From a bacterium (GTDB lineage: Bacteria > SAR324 > NAC60-12), in assembly GCA_965205865.1 (NCBI GenBank), contig CBDBHR010000028.1, positions 160,001 through 224,000 of the forward strand: DNA of 64,000 bases. Direction: 5' to 3'. Below, in pieces: positions 1 to 10,764 of this stretch (the stretch's first letter is position 1; the number at the start of each line of letters is the position of its first letter). The notes under the pieces are model-generated. The model did no database searches and was not told the DNA's origin. It worked only from the letters and a program-made list of their open reading frames with translations. The position numbers and the translations under genes were made by a program.

Positions 1-828
1 AAAATCGTTACTTTATGGGCAGATGGCAACACTTTGATACTGGACTTGCTCAAAAACCATCAGTGGAAAATTGAAATTCCGCAGGAATTGAAACCCGACC
101 AGTGGTATCTACTGATATGCAATCACCAATCCTGGGCCGATATATTCGTGATTTTCAAAGCATTCAACCACAAAATTCCCTTTCCTAAATTTTTCGTCAA
201 AGAAGAATTGATGTTGTATCCCATATTAGGGGTTGTTTTCTGGGCTATGGATTTTCCCATCATGAAACGCTATTCGAAAAGTTATTTGGAACAACATCCG
301 CAACAAAAAGGGAGAGATTTGGAAACCACCCGGCAGTCTTGTGAAAAATTCAAAGACCTTCCCACCACTATCGTCAATTTTTTGGAAGGTTCGCGTTACA
401 AAACGAAGAAAGCCATCGCGCAAGACACTCCATACCGGCACCTGCTCCTGCCCAAAGCCGGAGGAACGGCTTCAGTGCTCTATAGCATGGGAGACTATCT
501 CAGCGCGGCAATCGACGTGACCATCGCTTATGAAAAACCTCGGATGACGATGTGGGATATCGCCTGCGGTCCGTCTCGTCAAATCATGGTTCACGCGGAC
601 TTGGTGCCGATTCCCCCTGACTTCATGCAGAGGGACTACCGGCAAGATGCGGAATTTCGGCAAAATATACAGCAATGGATCAATCAAAAATGGACTGCGA
701 AGGACACCCTCATTGAATCGTTTCGAGAGAACTGCCAATCCTCGCTTCCCATGGCATCGTCTGCTCGATCGGATGGGAACCCCCGGCAGACCATGGGAGA
801 TCCTGAGTCCCGGCAGGGACGGCGCTAG
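1..828 (+). CDS. 1-acyl-sn-glycerol-3-phosphate acyltransferase-like protein (YihG/PlsC family), 5'-partial
   Basis: NHQSWAD (HX4D) motif, FLEGSR and LLLPKAGG; reading frame is open from base 1. Confidence 0.85.
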   Translation, partial: KIVTLWADGNTLILDLLKNHQWKIEIPQELKPDQWYLLICNHQSWADIFVIFKAFNHKIPFPKFFVKEELMLYPILGVVFWAMDFPIMKRYSKSYLEQHPQQKGRDLETTRQSCEKFKDLPTTIVNFLEGSRYKTKKAIAQDTPYRHLLLPKAGGTASVLYSMGDYLSAAIDVTIAYEKPRMTMWDIACGPSRQIMVHADLVPIPPDFMQRDYRQDAEFRQNIQQWINQKWTAKDTLIESFRENCQSSLPMASSARSDGNPRQTMGDPESRQGRR

Positions 829-2027
829 TGATGGAAAAGGCGAGTCCGTGAAAGGGCCATCACCATCTTGTATTGATCGGCTGCTTGCGCAATTTCTTCG
901 TCCCGCACACTGCCTCCCGGCTGGACAATATAGCGCACCCCCCGCCTGGCCGCCTGGTCGATATTGTCCCGGAATGGGAAAAATGCGTCGGAGGCCAAAC
1001 TGACGCCTTGCAAGGTCCCCAACCAGCATTTTTTATCTTCCTCACTCAAAGGGCGGGGTAGCCGCTCAAAATTCTGCTGCCACGCTTCGAGTTCCTGAGA
1101 CGTCATTTCGCCTTCGATATAGCAAACGCGAGCGTTGGTGCGATCCACCCCTTTCACTCCTTTTTTGAAAGGCAAGGCCAACACGCGGGGGTGTTGCCGC
1201 AAAAACCAGGTTTCGGCTTTACGCCCGGCAAGCTTCGTGCAGTCGATACGACTCTGCTGACCGGCCCCTATTCCAATCATTTGTCCCTGCAAGGCATACC
1301 CCACCGAGTTGGACTGCGTGTATTTGAGCGCAATTGCGGCAAGAATCAAATCCCGTCTGGCTGCGCAGGTCAGGTTTTTATTCGCCGTCGGAATTTGTCG
1401 GAACAGTGTCTTTTCGTCCAAGACAACCGAATTGCGTTTCTGAACAAAACCCACTCCGAATACCTCACGATACTCCAGTTCAGGAGGTTCATAAGCCGGG
1501 TCAGCCTTCAGGAGAAGATAATTTCCACGCTTTTTCGCTTTCAACAGTTCGAGTGCTTCCGGTTCGTAATCCGGCGCAATCATACCATCGGATACGGAAG
1601 ATTTGACAATCAGGGCAGTGGCAAGGTCCAGGGTTCGGCTCAAAGCAATGAAATCTCCGAAAGACGACAGCGGGTCCGCACCCCGAGCCCGGATATAAGC
1701 CGCCGCCAAGGGACTCAATTCCGTCTCGGGACGTTCATAAACCTGCCGGAGCACTGCGTTCAGGGGAACCGCAACCGCCGCACCGGCTGGGCTGACATGC
1801 TTGAATGAAGCTGCAGCCGGCAACGCTAAAGCGTTATCCAGTTCCAGGACGAGTTGCCAGGCATTCATCGCGTCCAATAAATTGATGTAGCCCGGATTGC
1901 CATTTATTACTTCAAAAGGAAGAGAACTCTCGTTCAGCGTGAAGATTCCCGCGGGCTTTTGATGAGGGTTGCAACCGTATTTCAAGTCAAATTGATGGGA
2001 GAAACAACGGGTGAAGGAATCGAACAT
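825..2027 (-). CDS. purH: AICAR transformylase (PurH C-terminal domain only)
   Basis: LKYGCNPHQ, ASFKHVSPAGAA, SSFGDFIA, KYTQSNSV, GAGQQSR, SDAFFPFRD, QPGGS and C-terminal RLFHH; probable ATG at 2027 (track start 2057). Confidence 0.9.
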   Translation of the reverse strand: MFDSFTRCFSHQFDLKYGCNPHQKPAGIFTLNESSLPFEVINGNPGYINLLDAMNAWQLVLELDNALALPAAASFKHVSPAGAAVAVPLNAVLRQVYERPETELSPLAAAYIRARGADPLSSFGDFIALSRTLDLATALIVKSSVSDGMIAPDYEPEALELLKAKKRGNYLLLKADPAYEPPELEYREVFGVGFVQKRNSVVLDEKTLFRQIPTANKNLTCAARRDLILAAIALKYTQSNSVGYALQGQMIGIGAGQQSRIDCTKLAGRKAETWFLRQHPRVLALPFKKGVKGVDRTNARVCYIEGEMTSQELEAWQQNFERLPRPLSEEDKKCWLGTLQGVSLASDAFFPFRDNIDQAARRGVRYIVQPGGSVRDEEIAQAADQYKMVMALSRTRLFHH

Positions 2028-2306
2028 ATAAATACTTTCCGCAGTTCGCGAAGACAAGGACTGTTTTCGTATTCCCGCGTCATCTACATTAAAAGTCGCG
2101 CTTTGTTGAATTGCATATCGGAATTTACCAATACCCTACTATGGCTCTGCAAAAAAGAAAAATTTCTTGGCCTTTTTCCTCCGGTAGATGGAATGCTTAT
2201 GAAAAGATGGATTTTTTACGATTCCTTGTAGTATGATCGCTTTCAATTACTGGTTTATGCAACTCCCGCAATTCGCTTTTCATCTCATGTTCAAATCAGA
2301 AAGATT

Positions 2307-3062
2307 ATGTCCGGACACAGCAAATGGAGTACGATCAAACACCGTAAAGGCGCGCAAGATTCGAAACGGAGTAAAATATTCAGCAAATTGATCAAAGAAG
2401 TCACCATTGCCGCCCGTTTGGGAGGAGGCGATCCCGAGGCCAGCCCCCAGCTGCGCATTGCCATCTCCAATGCAAAAGCCCAAAGTATGCCCAAGGAAAA
2501 TATTGAACGAGCCATCAAAAAGGGAGCCGGAGAACTGGACGGGGTCCATTTTGAGGAAATTATTTTTGAAGGCTATGGTCCACACAACGTCGCCTTGATT
2601 GTTGAATCCATGACTGATAACCGCAATCGCACGGTGGCCTTCGTCCGCAACACCTTCAGCAAACTTGGAGGAAACCTGGGTTCGAGCAATTCGGTGCAGT
2701 ATATGTTCGATCATGTTGGTCAGATTTATATTGATAAATCCGTCATCGAGGAAGAACAACTGATGGAAGTGCTCCTGGAGGTTGGGGCTGAAGACATGAA
2801 TGCCGGTCATCCTGAACAATATGAGGTGATCACCACCATTCCCGATTTTTCCCGGGTACGCAATGCATTGGAAGACCGCCACTTAACGATGGCAGAAGCC
2901 AACATCGCCTGGATTCCTCAAAATCGGATTGAAATCGACGACTTGAAAAAAGCAGAACAGGTGATGCGCTTGTTTGACCAGTTGGAAGACAATGATGACG
3001 TGCAGAAAATATATTCCAACTTCGATATCAGCGACCGCATTCTGGCGGAAATGTCTCAATGA
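2307..3062 (+). CDS. yebC: YebC/PmpR family protein
   Basis: MSGHSKWSTIKHRKG, TDNRNRT and DDVQKIYSN; position upstream of ruvC. Confidence 0.97.
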   Translation: MSGHSKWSTIKHRKGAQDSKRSKIFSKLIKEVTIAARLGGGDPEASPQLRIAISNAKAQSMPKENIERAIKKGAGELDGVHFEEIIFEGYGPHNVALIVESMTDNRNRTVAFVRNTFSKLGGNLGSSNSVQYMFDHVGQIYIDKSVIEEEQLMEVLLEVGAEDMNAGHPEQYEVITTIPDFSRVRNALEDRHLTMAEANIAWIPQNRIEIDDLKKAEQVMRLFDQLEDNDDVQKIYSNFDISDRILAEMSQ

Positions 3063-3126
3063 TGGCCTTCAATTTGAAATTGCCGCATGAGCAAAGCGCC
3101 TGCGAATCCACTGCTGATTGGCTGTC

Positions 3127-3624
3127 ATGATCATTATCGGCATTGACCCCGGAAGCCGGATAACCGGCTATGGCATTATTGAAAACCTCGACAACCACAA
3201 CCGTTATTTGGGCAGCGGCGTCATCGACCTGCGAGAAACCACTCCTTTGGCGGAGCGCTTATTGATTCTCGACGAAAAACTGCATGCGATTCTGGAAAAA
3301 TTCCAACCGGATAATGGATCGCTCGAAGCCATCTTTTTTGCCAAAAACGTCAAATCCGCATTGATCCTCGGACATGCCCGCGGGGTGGCTTTACTCCAAT
3401 TGGCACGCCATCATCTCCCAATTTATGAATACACCCCTTTACAAGTCAAACAAACTCTCGTTGGTTTCGGACGCGCTTCGAAAGAGCAAGTCCAACACAT
3501 GGTTCGCATATTGCTCAATCGTCCCCAAACTCCGATGGGAGACGATGAATCGGATGCTTTGGCCATCGCCATCACGCACGCTCACTTTCTTCCTCATCTG
3601 AAACGGAATGATCGCTTTTCTTGA
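3127..3624 (+). CDS. ruvC: Holliday junction resolvase RuvC
   Basis: IGIDPGSRITGYG, LGHARG, KEQVQHMV, DESDALAIA. Confidence 0.97.
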   Translation: MIIIGIDPGSRITGYGIIENLDNHNRYLGSGVIDLRETTPLAERLLILDEKLHAILEKFQPDNGSLEAIFFAKNVKSALILGHARGVALLQLARHHLPIYEYTPLQVKQTLVGFGRASKEQVQHMVRILLNRPQTPMGDDESDALAIAITHAHFLPHLKRNDRFS

Positions 3625-4219
3625 AGGAACCATTCGCGCTATTGAAGCGGACTATTTGGTGCTGCAAACTTCTGCCGGAGTGGGCTACCAGTTGTTCCTG
3701 CCTCAGATTCTGCTTTCGCAAGCGCTGAAAAACGAAAACTGTCAATACCACGTGCATACTTATGTGCGCGAAGGCGAGATCACCCTCTATGGCTTCGCCT
3801 CTCATGAAGAAAGAAAACTGTTCGAGATGCTTATCAAAACAACGGGAGTCGGGCCCAAGCTGGCCATCGTCATCCTTTCCTCATTACGCCCGCCCCAATT
3901 GATTCAGGCGGTCTACGGTCAAAATATCGCCCAATTCAATGCGATTCCGGGAATTGGAAAAAAAACGGCTTCCAAATTATGCCTGGACATGAGCGATCAA
4001 CTGCAGAAACATCCGATTGAAAGTATTGAATGGAGCCCTTCTCGTACCAAGACCCCTGCTGCCGAATCGTCTCCGCGTAATGCGCTCCTCTCCGCATTGA
4101 AAAATATGGGATTTTCGGAAAAAGACGTGCTGTCTGTTCTGGGAAAAGTGGAGGCTGAAGAAGAATCTTTTGAAGCCCAGTTCAAGAAAGCGCTCAGCCT
4201 GCTCACCTCATTTCAATAA
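3608..4219 (+). CDS. ruvA: Holliday junction branch migration protein RuvA
   Basis: MIAFLEG, HTYVRE..LYGF and HhH motifs GVGPKLA / PGIGKKTA. Confidence 0.97.
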   Translation: MIAFLEGTIRAIEADYLVLQTSAGVGYQLFLPQILLSQALKNENCQYHVHTYVREGEITLYGFASHEERKLFEMLIKTTGVGPKLAIVILSSLRPPQLIQAVYGQNIAQFNAIPGIGKKTASKLCLDMSDQLQKHPIESIEWSPSRTKTPAAESSPRNALLSALKNMGFSEKDVLSVLGKVEAEEESFEAQFKKALSLLTSFQ

Positions 4220-4564
4220 TTTCAGAACCTGTTTGAAAATCATTTCTCCGGTTCTTTCCATTCATCAAGAAGAGATACTTCACCTGCGCTTTGTTCCTTC
4301 TCCGACAAATGTGATATTTTTTTCGAAAGTTTTAGATACGGCATTGATCTTGCGGTAGAAATTTATTTTTACAGGATGATCGGCGTATTCTTGCTGTTGG
4401 AATCACTGCAGGAGCATTCAGACAGCAATGGGCCCCGTTCGTCTTGCGGAGCGGTGGATTCCACGACTTTCATCGTTGAGTTTCTTGACACAAGCATTGG
4501 AGCAGTGTAATCTTCCCGAAGTCCGGAACTCTCGATGGTCACTAACCCAATAGAGCGAAATTGC

Positions 4565-7096
4565 ATGAGTGAAGCTGCGGCGCGAATCAAGATCAACAAG
4601 TTGCTCGAAGCGGCCGGGTGGCGTTTCTTTCCCGCAGGGGGACAGCCTGCCAATATCCGTCTTGAATCGAGTGTCACCATCCAAACTTCCGATCTCGAGG
4701 CCCTGGGCAACGATTTCGAGCAAATCTCCAGGGGATTTATCGACTTTCTCCTGCTCGACGCCAGGGGATTCCCCTTCATCGTTCTGGAGGCCAAAGCGGA
4801 GAAGAAAGACCCGTTGCTCGGCAAGGAGCAGGCGCGCAGGTACGCCCGTTCGCTGAATTGTCGTTTCGTCCTTCTTTCCAATGGCAACCTGCACTATTTC
4901 TGGGATCTCGAACGTGGCAATCCCTATCTCATCACCTCGTTTCCCACGCCCGATTCGGCTGCCGGCTATCAAAAAGTCACGCCCATCCCGCAACGCCTGC
5001 TCGACGAACAGGTGCGGGAGGACTATATCGTGCTCACCCAACGGCCCTCCTATGCTCGCGAGGCGGCCTGGATGAATGCGGACGAACGTCCCGGCTTCAT
5101 CCGGAGCAACAAGTTACGCTTTCTGCGTCCTTATCAACTGAAAGCCATCCACGCCTTGCAGCGGGCGGTCGGGGAGGGGAATGACCGCTTTCTTTTCGAG
5201 ATGGCCACCGGCACCGGTAAAACGCTCACCGCGGCGGCTGTCGTCAAGCTCTTTCTCCGTTCCGGCAATGCCCATCGCGCGCTCTTCCTGGTAGACCGCC
5301 TGGAACTGGAGGAGCAGGCCTATAAGGTATTCAATGACCTGCTCCGCGACGACTTCGGGACAGTCATCTACAAAGAGAAACGCGACGATTGGCGGCAGGC
5401 CGGGATCGTTGTCAGTACCGTGCAATCCCTGCTCTTCAACAACAAGTACCAACAATTGTTTTCGCCCACGGACTTCGCTCTCGTCATCTCCGACGAGGCC
5501 CATCGTTCAATCAGTGGCAATGCGCGTGCCGTCTTCGACTATTTCGTGGGCTACAAGCTGGGACTGACCGCCACGCCCCGCGACTACCTGAAGGGCGCCC
5601 ATACCGGCTCCCGACCCGACGCTCCCCGCGAGATCGAACGTCGCCTGCTGGTGGACACATACCGCACCTTCGGCTGCGAAAGTGCGCAACCCACTTTCCG
5701 CTATTCACTGCTCGATGGCGTAAAAGACGGCTATTTGATCAACCCGACCGTGGTGGATGCGCGCACGGAAGTGACCACCGCCCTCCTCTCCGCAAAGGGC
5801 TTCGTCGCGTCGTTCAGCGACGACACCGGTGAGCAGCGGGAAGAAACCTACAGGCAACGGCAGTTCGAGAAGCACTTCTTCTCCGATACGACCAATCGCC
5901 TTTTTTGCCGCACCTTCCTGCAACACGCCCTGCGAGACCCGGTCAGCGGTGAGACCGGCAAGTCCATCGTCTTCGCCGTCAGCCAGAACCACGCGGCCAG
6001 GCTGACGCAAATTCTTAATCAGATCGCTGATGCCACCTTCCCCGGCAGGTACCAGTCCGACTTTGCCGTCCAGGTTACCTCCCAGGTAGAGCAAGCCCAG
6101 CAGTTCACCATCAACTTCGCCAACAACAACCTGCTCGGTTCAGGCAATTTTCTGGCGGAATACCGCACCAGCAAGGCCCGCGTCTGCGTGACGGTGGGCA
6201 TGATGACCACCGGTTACGACTGCACCGACGTCCTCAATCTCGGCTTGTTCCGCCCCATTTTCTCTCCCACCGATTTCGTCCAGATCAAGGGACGTGGTAC
6301 CCGCAAGCATGACTTCACGGAACAGCTTTCCGACGAGCAACTCGAGGACGGTTCCGGAGAATCGCAGAAAAAGACCTTCAAGCTCTTTGACTTCTTCGCC
6401 AATTGTGAATATTTCGAGACCGAGTTCAACTACGACGAGGTCTTGAAACTGCCCCGACCCCCGACGTTCGGGGATGGAGTTGAAGGCGAAGACTCGACGC
6501 CGTCCGGCGGATACGACTTCGAATACCTGGAGAATGACCTCCTCTCACATATCAGTGAAGAGAGAATCGGAAAGGAGGGCATGAAAATCGACCGCATGTT
6601 CTTCGACAAATTCGCCGGTACCGTGCGTGGCAACGAGACGCTCGTCACTGCCGTTGAAGCCGGGCAGTGGGACCTCGTCATCGACTACGTCAACCGTGAA
6701 GTGTTCGACAAACCCGAGGAGTACTTCACCCTCGGCAAGTTACGCAAAGCAGCCGCCGTGGACCGTCGCCTGACCCTGCGTGAGATCCTGGAAAAGGTCT
6801 TCGACCTCATCCCGCGTTTCAAGTCCGGGGACGAACTGCTGGAAGAGGAATTCAACAAATTCGTCGCCGATCAAAAGCTGGCGCAGGCCTCCTCAGTCCC
6901 CGCCATCAAAACCTATTTCAAAGCGTATCTGACGAGCAACCAGGTCCGCCACGTCGTCGATGCCGGGAATTTCACCGAGTTGGCCACCAACACCGTCCTT
7001 TCCCTCAGGGACTTTCATGCCGTTCCGCAGCATTACCAGACCCTGGTGCCCGAGTATATCAAGGATTACGTCTCCCTGAACCAATTCGCCGCCTAG
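4565..7096 (+). CDS. hsdR: Type I restriction enzyme R subunit (EcoAI/EcoEI-like)
   Basis: Nuclease motif FIDFLL..VLEAK, Walker A MATGTGKT, DEAHRS, LTATP, QIKGRGTR; adjacent to hsdM. Confidence 0.92.
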   Translation: MSEAAARIKINKLLEAAGWRFFPAGGQPANIRLESSVTIQTSDLEALGNDFEQISRGFIDFLLLDARGFPFIVLEAKAEKKDPLLGKEQARRYARSLNCRFVLLSNGNLHYFWDLERGNPYLITSFPTPDSAAGYQKVTPIPQRLLDEQVREDYIVLTQRPSYAREAAWMNADERPGFIRSNKLRFLRPYQLKAIHALQRAVGEGNDRFLFEMATGTGKTLTAAAVVKLFLRSGNAHRALFLVDRLELEEQAYKVFNDLLRDDFGTVIYKEKRDDWRQAGIVVSTVQSLLFNNKYQQLFSPTDFALVISDEAHRSISGNARAVFDYFVGYKLGLTATPRDYLKGAHTGSRPDAPREIERRLLVDTYRTFGCESAQPTFRYSLLDGVKDGYLINPTVVDARTEVTTALLSAKGFVASFSDDTGEQREETYRQRQFEKHFFSDTTNRLFCRTFLQHALRDPVSGETGKSIVFAVSQNHAARLTQILNQIADATFPGRYQSDFAVQVTSQVEQAQQFTINFANNNLLGSGNFLAEYRTSKARVCVTVGMMTTGYDCTDVLNLGLFRPIFSPTDFVQIKGRGTRKHDFTEQLSDEQLEDGSGESQKKTFKLFDFFANCEYFETEFNYDEVLKLPRPPTFGDGVEGEDSTPSGGYDFEYLENDLLSHISEERIGKEGMKIDRMFFDKFAGTVRGNETLVTAVEAGQWDLVIDYVNREVFDKPEEYFTLGKLRKAAAVDRRLTLREILEKVFDLIPRFKSGDELLEEEFNKFVADQKLAQASSVPAIKTYFKAYLTSNQVRHVVDAGNFTELATNTVLSLRDFHAVPQHYQTLVPEYIKDYVSLNQFAA

Positions 7097-7105
7097 AGGA
7101 AAGCC

Positions 7106-9468
7106 ATGCTGGATGCCGACACCAAACGCCGCATCGACAACGCTCGTGACGTCCTGGTGGGCAAAGTGCCCGACCCCAAGAGCCAGGTCGAGCAGATCAC
7201 CATCGCCCTCATCTATAAATTCATGGATGACATCGATGCCCAGAGTGAGGAGTGGGGCGGTAAGCGAAAGTTCTTTGCCGGCGACTTCGCCCGCTACGGC
7301 TGGGCCAGGCTGCTCCACCACGGGCTGGGTGGACACGAAATCCTCAATCTCTATTCCGAGGCCATCGACAGGATGCCGCAGAATCCGGGCATCCCCCAGC
7401 TCTTCCGCGACATCTTCGAAAATGCCTACCTGCCCTATCGCGACCCCCAGACACTGAGGACCTTCCTCGAGATCATCGACGAGTTCAGTTACGACCACTC
7501 GGAACGTCTGGGAGACGCTTTCGAGTACCTGCTCTCCGTCCTCGGTTCCCAGGGCGACGCGGGCCAGTTCCGCACCCCACGCCATATCATCGACTTCATC
7601 GTCGCCGTCATCGATCCCAAGAAGGACGAAACGCTGCTCGACCCGGCTTGCGGCACCGCCGGATTCCTCGTCTCCTCCTACAAGCACGTTCTTGCCAACA
7701 ACGCCGATGACCATGGAAACAGTACGCTCACGCCCGACGAAAAAGCAAGACTGGCAGCCAACGTTAAAGGCTACGACATCTCGCCCGACATGGTGCGTCT
7801 CTCGCTGGTCAACATGTACCTGCACGACTTTGTCGACCCGCACATCTTCGAATACGACACCCTCACCAGCGAGGAGCGCTGGCACGAATACGCGGACGTC
7901 ATCCTGGCCAATCCCCCTTCATGTCACCCAAGGGAGGCATCCGCCCCCACAACCGCTTTTCGGTGAAATCCAAACGCAGCGAAGTGCTGTTCGTGGACTA
8001 TATGGCCGAGCACCTGACGCCTTCCGGTCGCGCCGGTATCATCGTGCCGGAGGGCATCATCTTTCAAAGCCAGAGCGCCTACAAGCAACTTCGCAAGACG
8101 CTGGTCGAGGAATATCTCGTCGCCGTCGTTTCCTTACCGGCAGGCGTCTTCCAGCCCTACTCCGGAGTGAAGACCTCCATCCTCATTCTGGACCGGTCGC
8201 TGGCGAAAAAGACGAACCACGTCGGCTTCTTCAAAGTGGAAAACGACGGCTTCGACCTGGGCGCTCAACGCCGATCGATCAAGCATAATGACTTGCCACA
8301 AGCCCGCCAGGAAATCACCGCATACCTGCGCCGTCTGGGAATGGGTGAATCCCTGGACGAATTCCAACCCGCGCTGGGACTGATCGTGGAAAAAGAAAAG
8401 ATTGCCGCAAGTGGGGATTACAATCTGAGCGGGGAACGGTATCGGGAGAATACACGTGAACCCACACCATACACTTGGGCGAAGATTGGTCATTTGATTA
8501 AAACCGTCACTGCACCAGTCAAAATACAAAAGACCGCATTCGCAGAAGTCGGACGGTTTCCTATCATTGATCAATCACAAAAAGAAATTGCAGGATGGAC
8601 TAATGACGAATCTGCAGTGATACAACCAATCAAACCATTCGTGATATTCGGCGATCACACATGTACAGTAAAACTAATTGAATCTTCTTTTGCTCAGGGG
8701 GCTGATGGGATAAAAATTCTAAGTACAGTGGAGACTCTTGATCCTCGATTTTTATATTACATTCTACGTGTTAAACCATTGGAAAATAAAGGTTATCAAC
8801 GTCATTTCTCCAGATTGAAAGATTACGAAATCCCCCTACCCCCACTTCAGGTGCAACAGGAAATCGTCGCAGAAATCGAAGGCTACCAGAAAGTCATCGA
8901 CGGGGCCAGAACCGTCGTCGACCACTACCGCCCCCACATCCCCATCGCCCCCGACTGGCCTATGGTGGCATTGGGAGACGTAATATCCTTGGAATATGGT
9001 AAACCACTCAAATCTGAAAATCGAATTGAGGGACCATTCGCAGTATTCGGCTCAAATGGAGTTATTGGCTATCACGATCAATATTTAGTCGGAGAGCCAA
9101 CAATTATCGTTGGAAGAAAAGGTTCTGCAGGTGCAGTCAACTATTGTGATTTACCATGCTATCCAATCGATACCACCTTCTTTGTTCAAATCAGAGACAG
9201 GAAGCGGCTCGACATTCGTTTTTGTTACTATCAACTCCTCGCTCTTGAACTGGAAAAAGTAAATGTCCAAGCAGGTGTCCCTGGTCTAAACCGTAACGAT
9301 GCTTATCGTAAGCCTTTGGCACTCCCTCCTCTGGAAATCCAGCAAGCCATCGTTGTGGAAATTGAAGCTGAGCAAGCCACTGTCGCTAACTGCCGGGATT
9401 TGATAGAACGATTTGAAGGGAAAATTCGGAAGACCATTGGACGGGTGTGGGGTGACGATTCATTCTGA
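7106..9468 (+). pseudogene. hsdM: Type I methyltransferase-specificity fusion (HsdM-HsdS), frameshifted by one base at about 7913-7917
   Basis: ORF 7106..7966 has GQFRTPRH and DPACGTAGF and ends ANPP; ORF 7921..9468 continues MSPKGG..IIVPEG, then two TRDs with IPLPPL..QQEIV conserved regions; one extra C in the C5 run restores NPPFMSPKGG. Confidence 0.85.
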
Positions 9469-9521
9469 GCCAAGTATATCCAAACAATAATCAAAACTGC
9501 CAAATACGAAAGGAAGTAAAA

Positions 9522-10643
9522 TTGTACACCGGAACCTTAAATACACCGTTTACTTACAAAAATTGGAAAGCCAAAATAGAAGAAAAGCCTTTGCTCAGCA
9601 CCCTGGAGTATCCGTTATTCACAGATGCTCATATAACGGGAGAAATTACAGAAGGTTATGGACCTTATCAATTCATCAATCTTGTCCCGGTGAGGAACCA
9701 ATGTGGTCTCGTGCAAGCAACTCTTATGCTTCGTTTTAACTGGCACACAGAGATGGTAATTTTCTCAGCAAATGAGAAAAGCACCCACACAAAAACTTTC
9801 CACGGTGGCTGGCCAGTCGATGAAATCACTGCTCTTTCATCACTGGCATTAGGAGTACGATTGAAGGCCGGAGACATGAGCCGAGAATTTACCCCATGGG
9901 ATAAACCTTATGGAAGACCCAGGGCCCCTGCTTTTCGACTCGACCCCGTTCTACTCAGAGGTGACAGACTCGTATTGCCCACTATTTGCGGTACTCATTC
10001 ACTACAGAATCTTGAGCCCTTGACAATCCTTCCCAAGATTACATCGCAAGATGCAATTGCGCTCATACGCGCTGCGCGTCTCTATCAAGACGCCCTTTGG
10101 GTCGCTGAATCCGAACCCTCGCTCGCTTGGGTCATGCTAGTCTCTGCAGTTGAGACCGCTGCCAACCATTGGCGTAAAACGGAAGAAACTCATCTTGAAA
10201 GATTAAAAATCTCAAAGCCAGAGTTAGTTCAGATTTTGGAAGACACTGGTATTGAAGATCTTCCAGAAAGAGTAGCGGACTGTCTTAAAGACACTGTCGG
10301 ATCTACTAAAAAATTCATTGATTTCATCATAAAATTTCTTCCCGAACCGCCTCCCCGGCGTCCAAAGCATCATCAACATCTATGGGAATGTAAAGCACTG
10401 AAGAAAACAATGAATATTATCTATCGCTACAGATCAAAAGCATTGCACGATGGACGTCCCTTTCCTGAACCGATGTGTAGAGCACCCCATAGACAAATCC
10501 CAGAAGAAAGACCAATTGGACTTGCTTCACAGACCCAAGGATCAATTTGGATGGCAAAGGACATTCCTATGATGCTCCATACTTTCGAGTACATAGTTCG
10601 AAAGTCATTGCTAAAATGGTGGGAATCTATGACTTCTGAATAG
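9522..10643 (+). CDS. HEPN-domain protein (ApeA/MAE-like, putative RNase effector)
   Basis: LVSAVE helix followed by an Rx4H motif YRYRSKALHDG; lower GC than hsdR; TTG start behind GAAAGGAAG. Confidence 0.65.
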   Translation: MYTGTLNTPFTYKNWKAKIEEKPLLSTLEYPLFTDAHITGEITEGYGPYQFINLVPVRNQCGLVQATLMLRFNWHTEMVIFSANEKSTHTKTFHGGWPVDEITALSSLALGVRLKAGDMSREFTPWDKPYGRPRAPAFRLDPVLLRGDRLVLPTICGTHSLQNLEPLTILPKITSQDAIALIRAARLYQDALWVAESEPSLAWVMLVSAVETAANHWRKTEETHLERLKISKPELVQILEDTGIEDLPERVADCLKDTVGSTKKFIDFIIKFLPEPPPRRPKHHQHLWECKALKKTMNIIYRYRSKALHDGRPFPEPMCRAPHRQIPEERPIGLASQTQGSIWMAKDIPMMLHTFEYIVRKSLLKWWESMTSE

Positions 10644-10764
10644 TACCCCAATCAACTTCAATTAGGGTTGGTGTGGGGTGAGGGTTGAAGCCAAGACGAG
10701 GGTTCCATAGCATATTTATTGACAATTTGACTGCATACGGACGTCGAATGCAATACTCATCAAA

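Noticed and set aside
2060-2300. ZMP/ZTP riboswitch upstream of purH
   Set aside because: The conserved aptamer motifs could not be recognised by eye; an Rfam scan would be needed.
6893-7885. 330-aa minus-strand ORF and similar long shadow ORFs (for example 4418..5041, 27784..28587, 63431..63997)
   Set aside because: Antisense to well-supported genes, with no recognisable motifs.
7910-7925. Programmed -1 ribosomal frameshift in hsdM
   Set aside because: No canonical X XXY YYZ slippery heptamer; a DNA-level indel or sequencing error is simpler.
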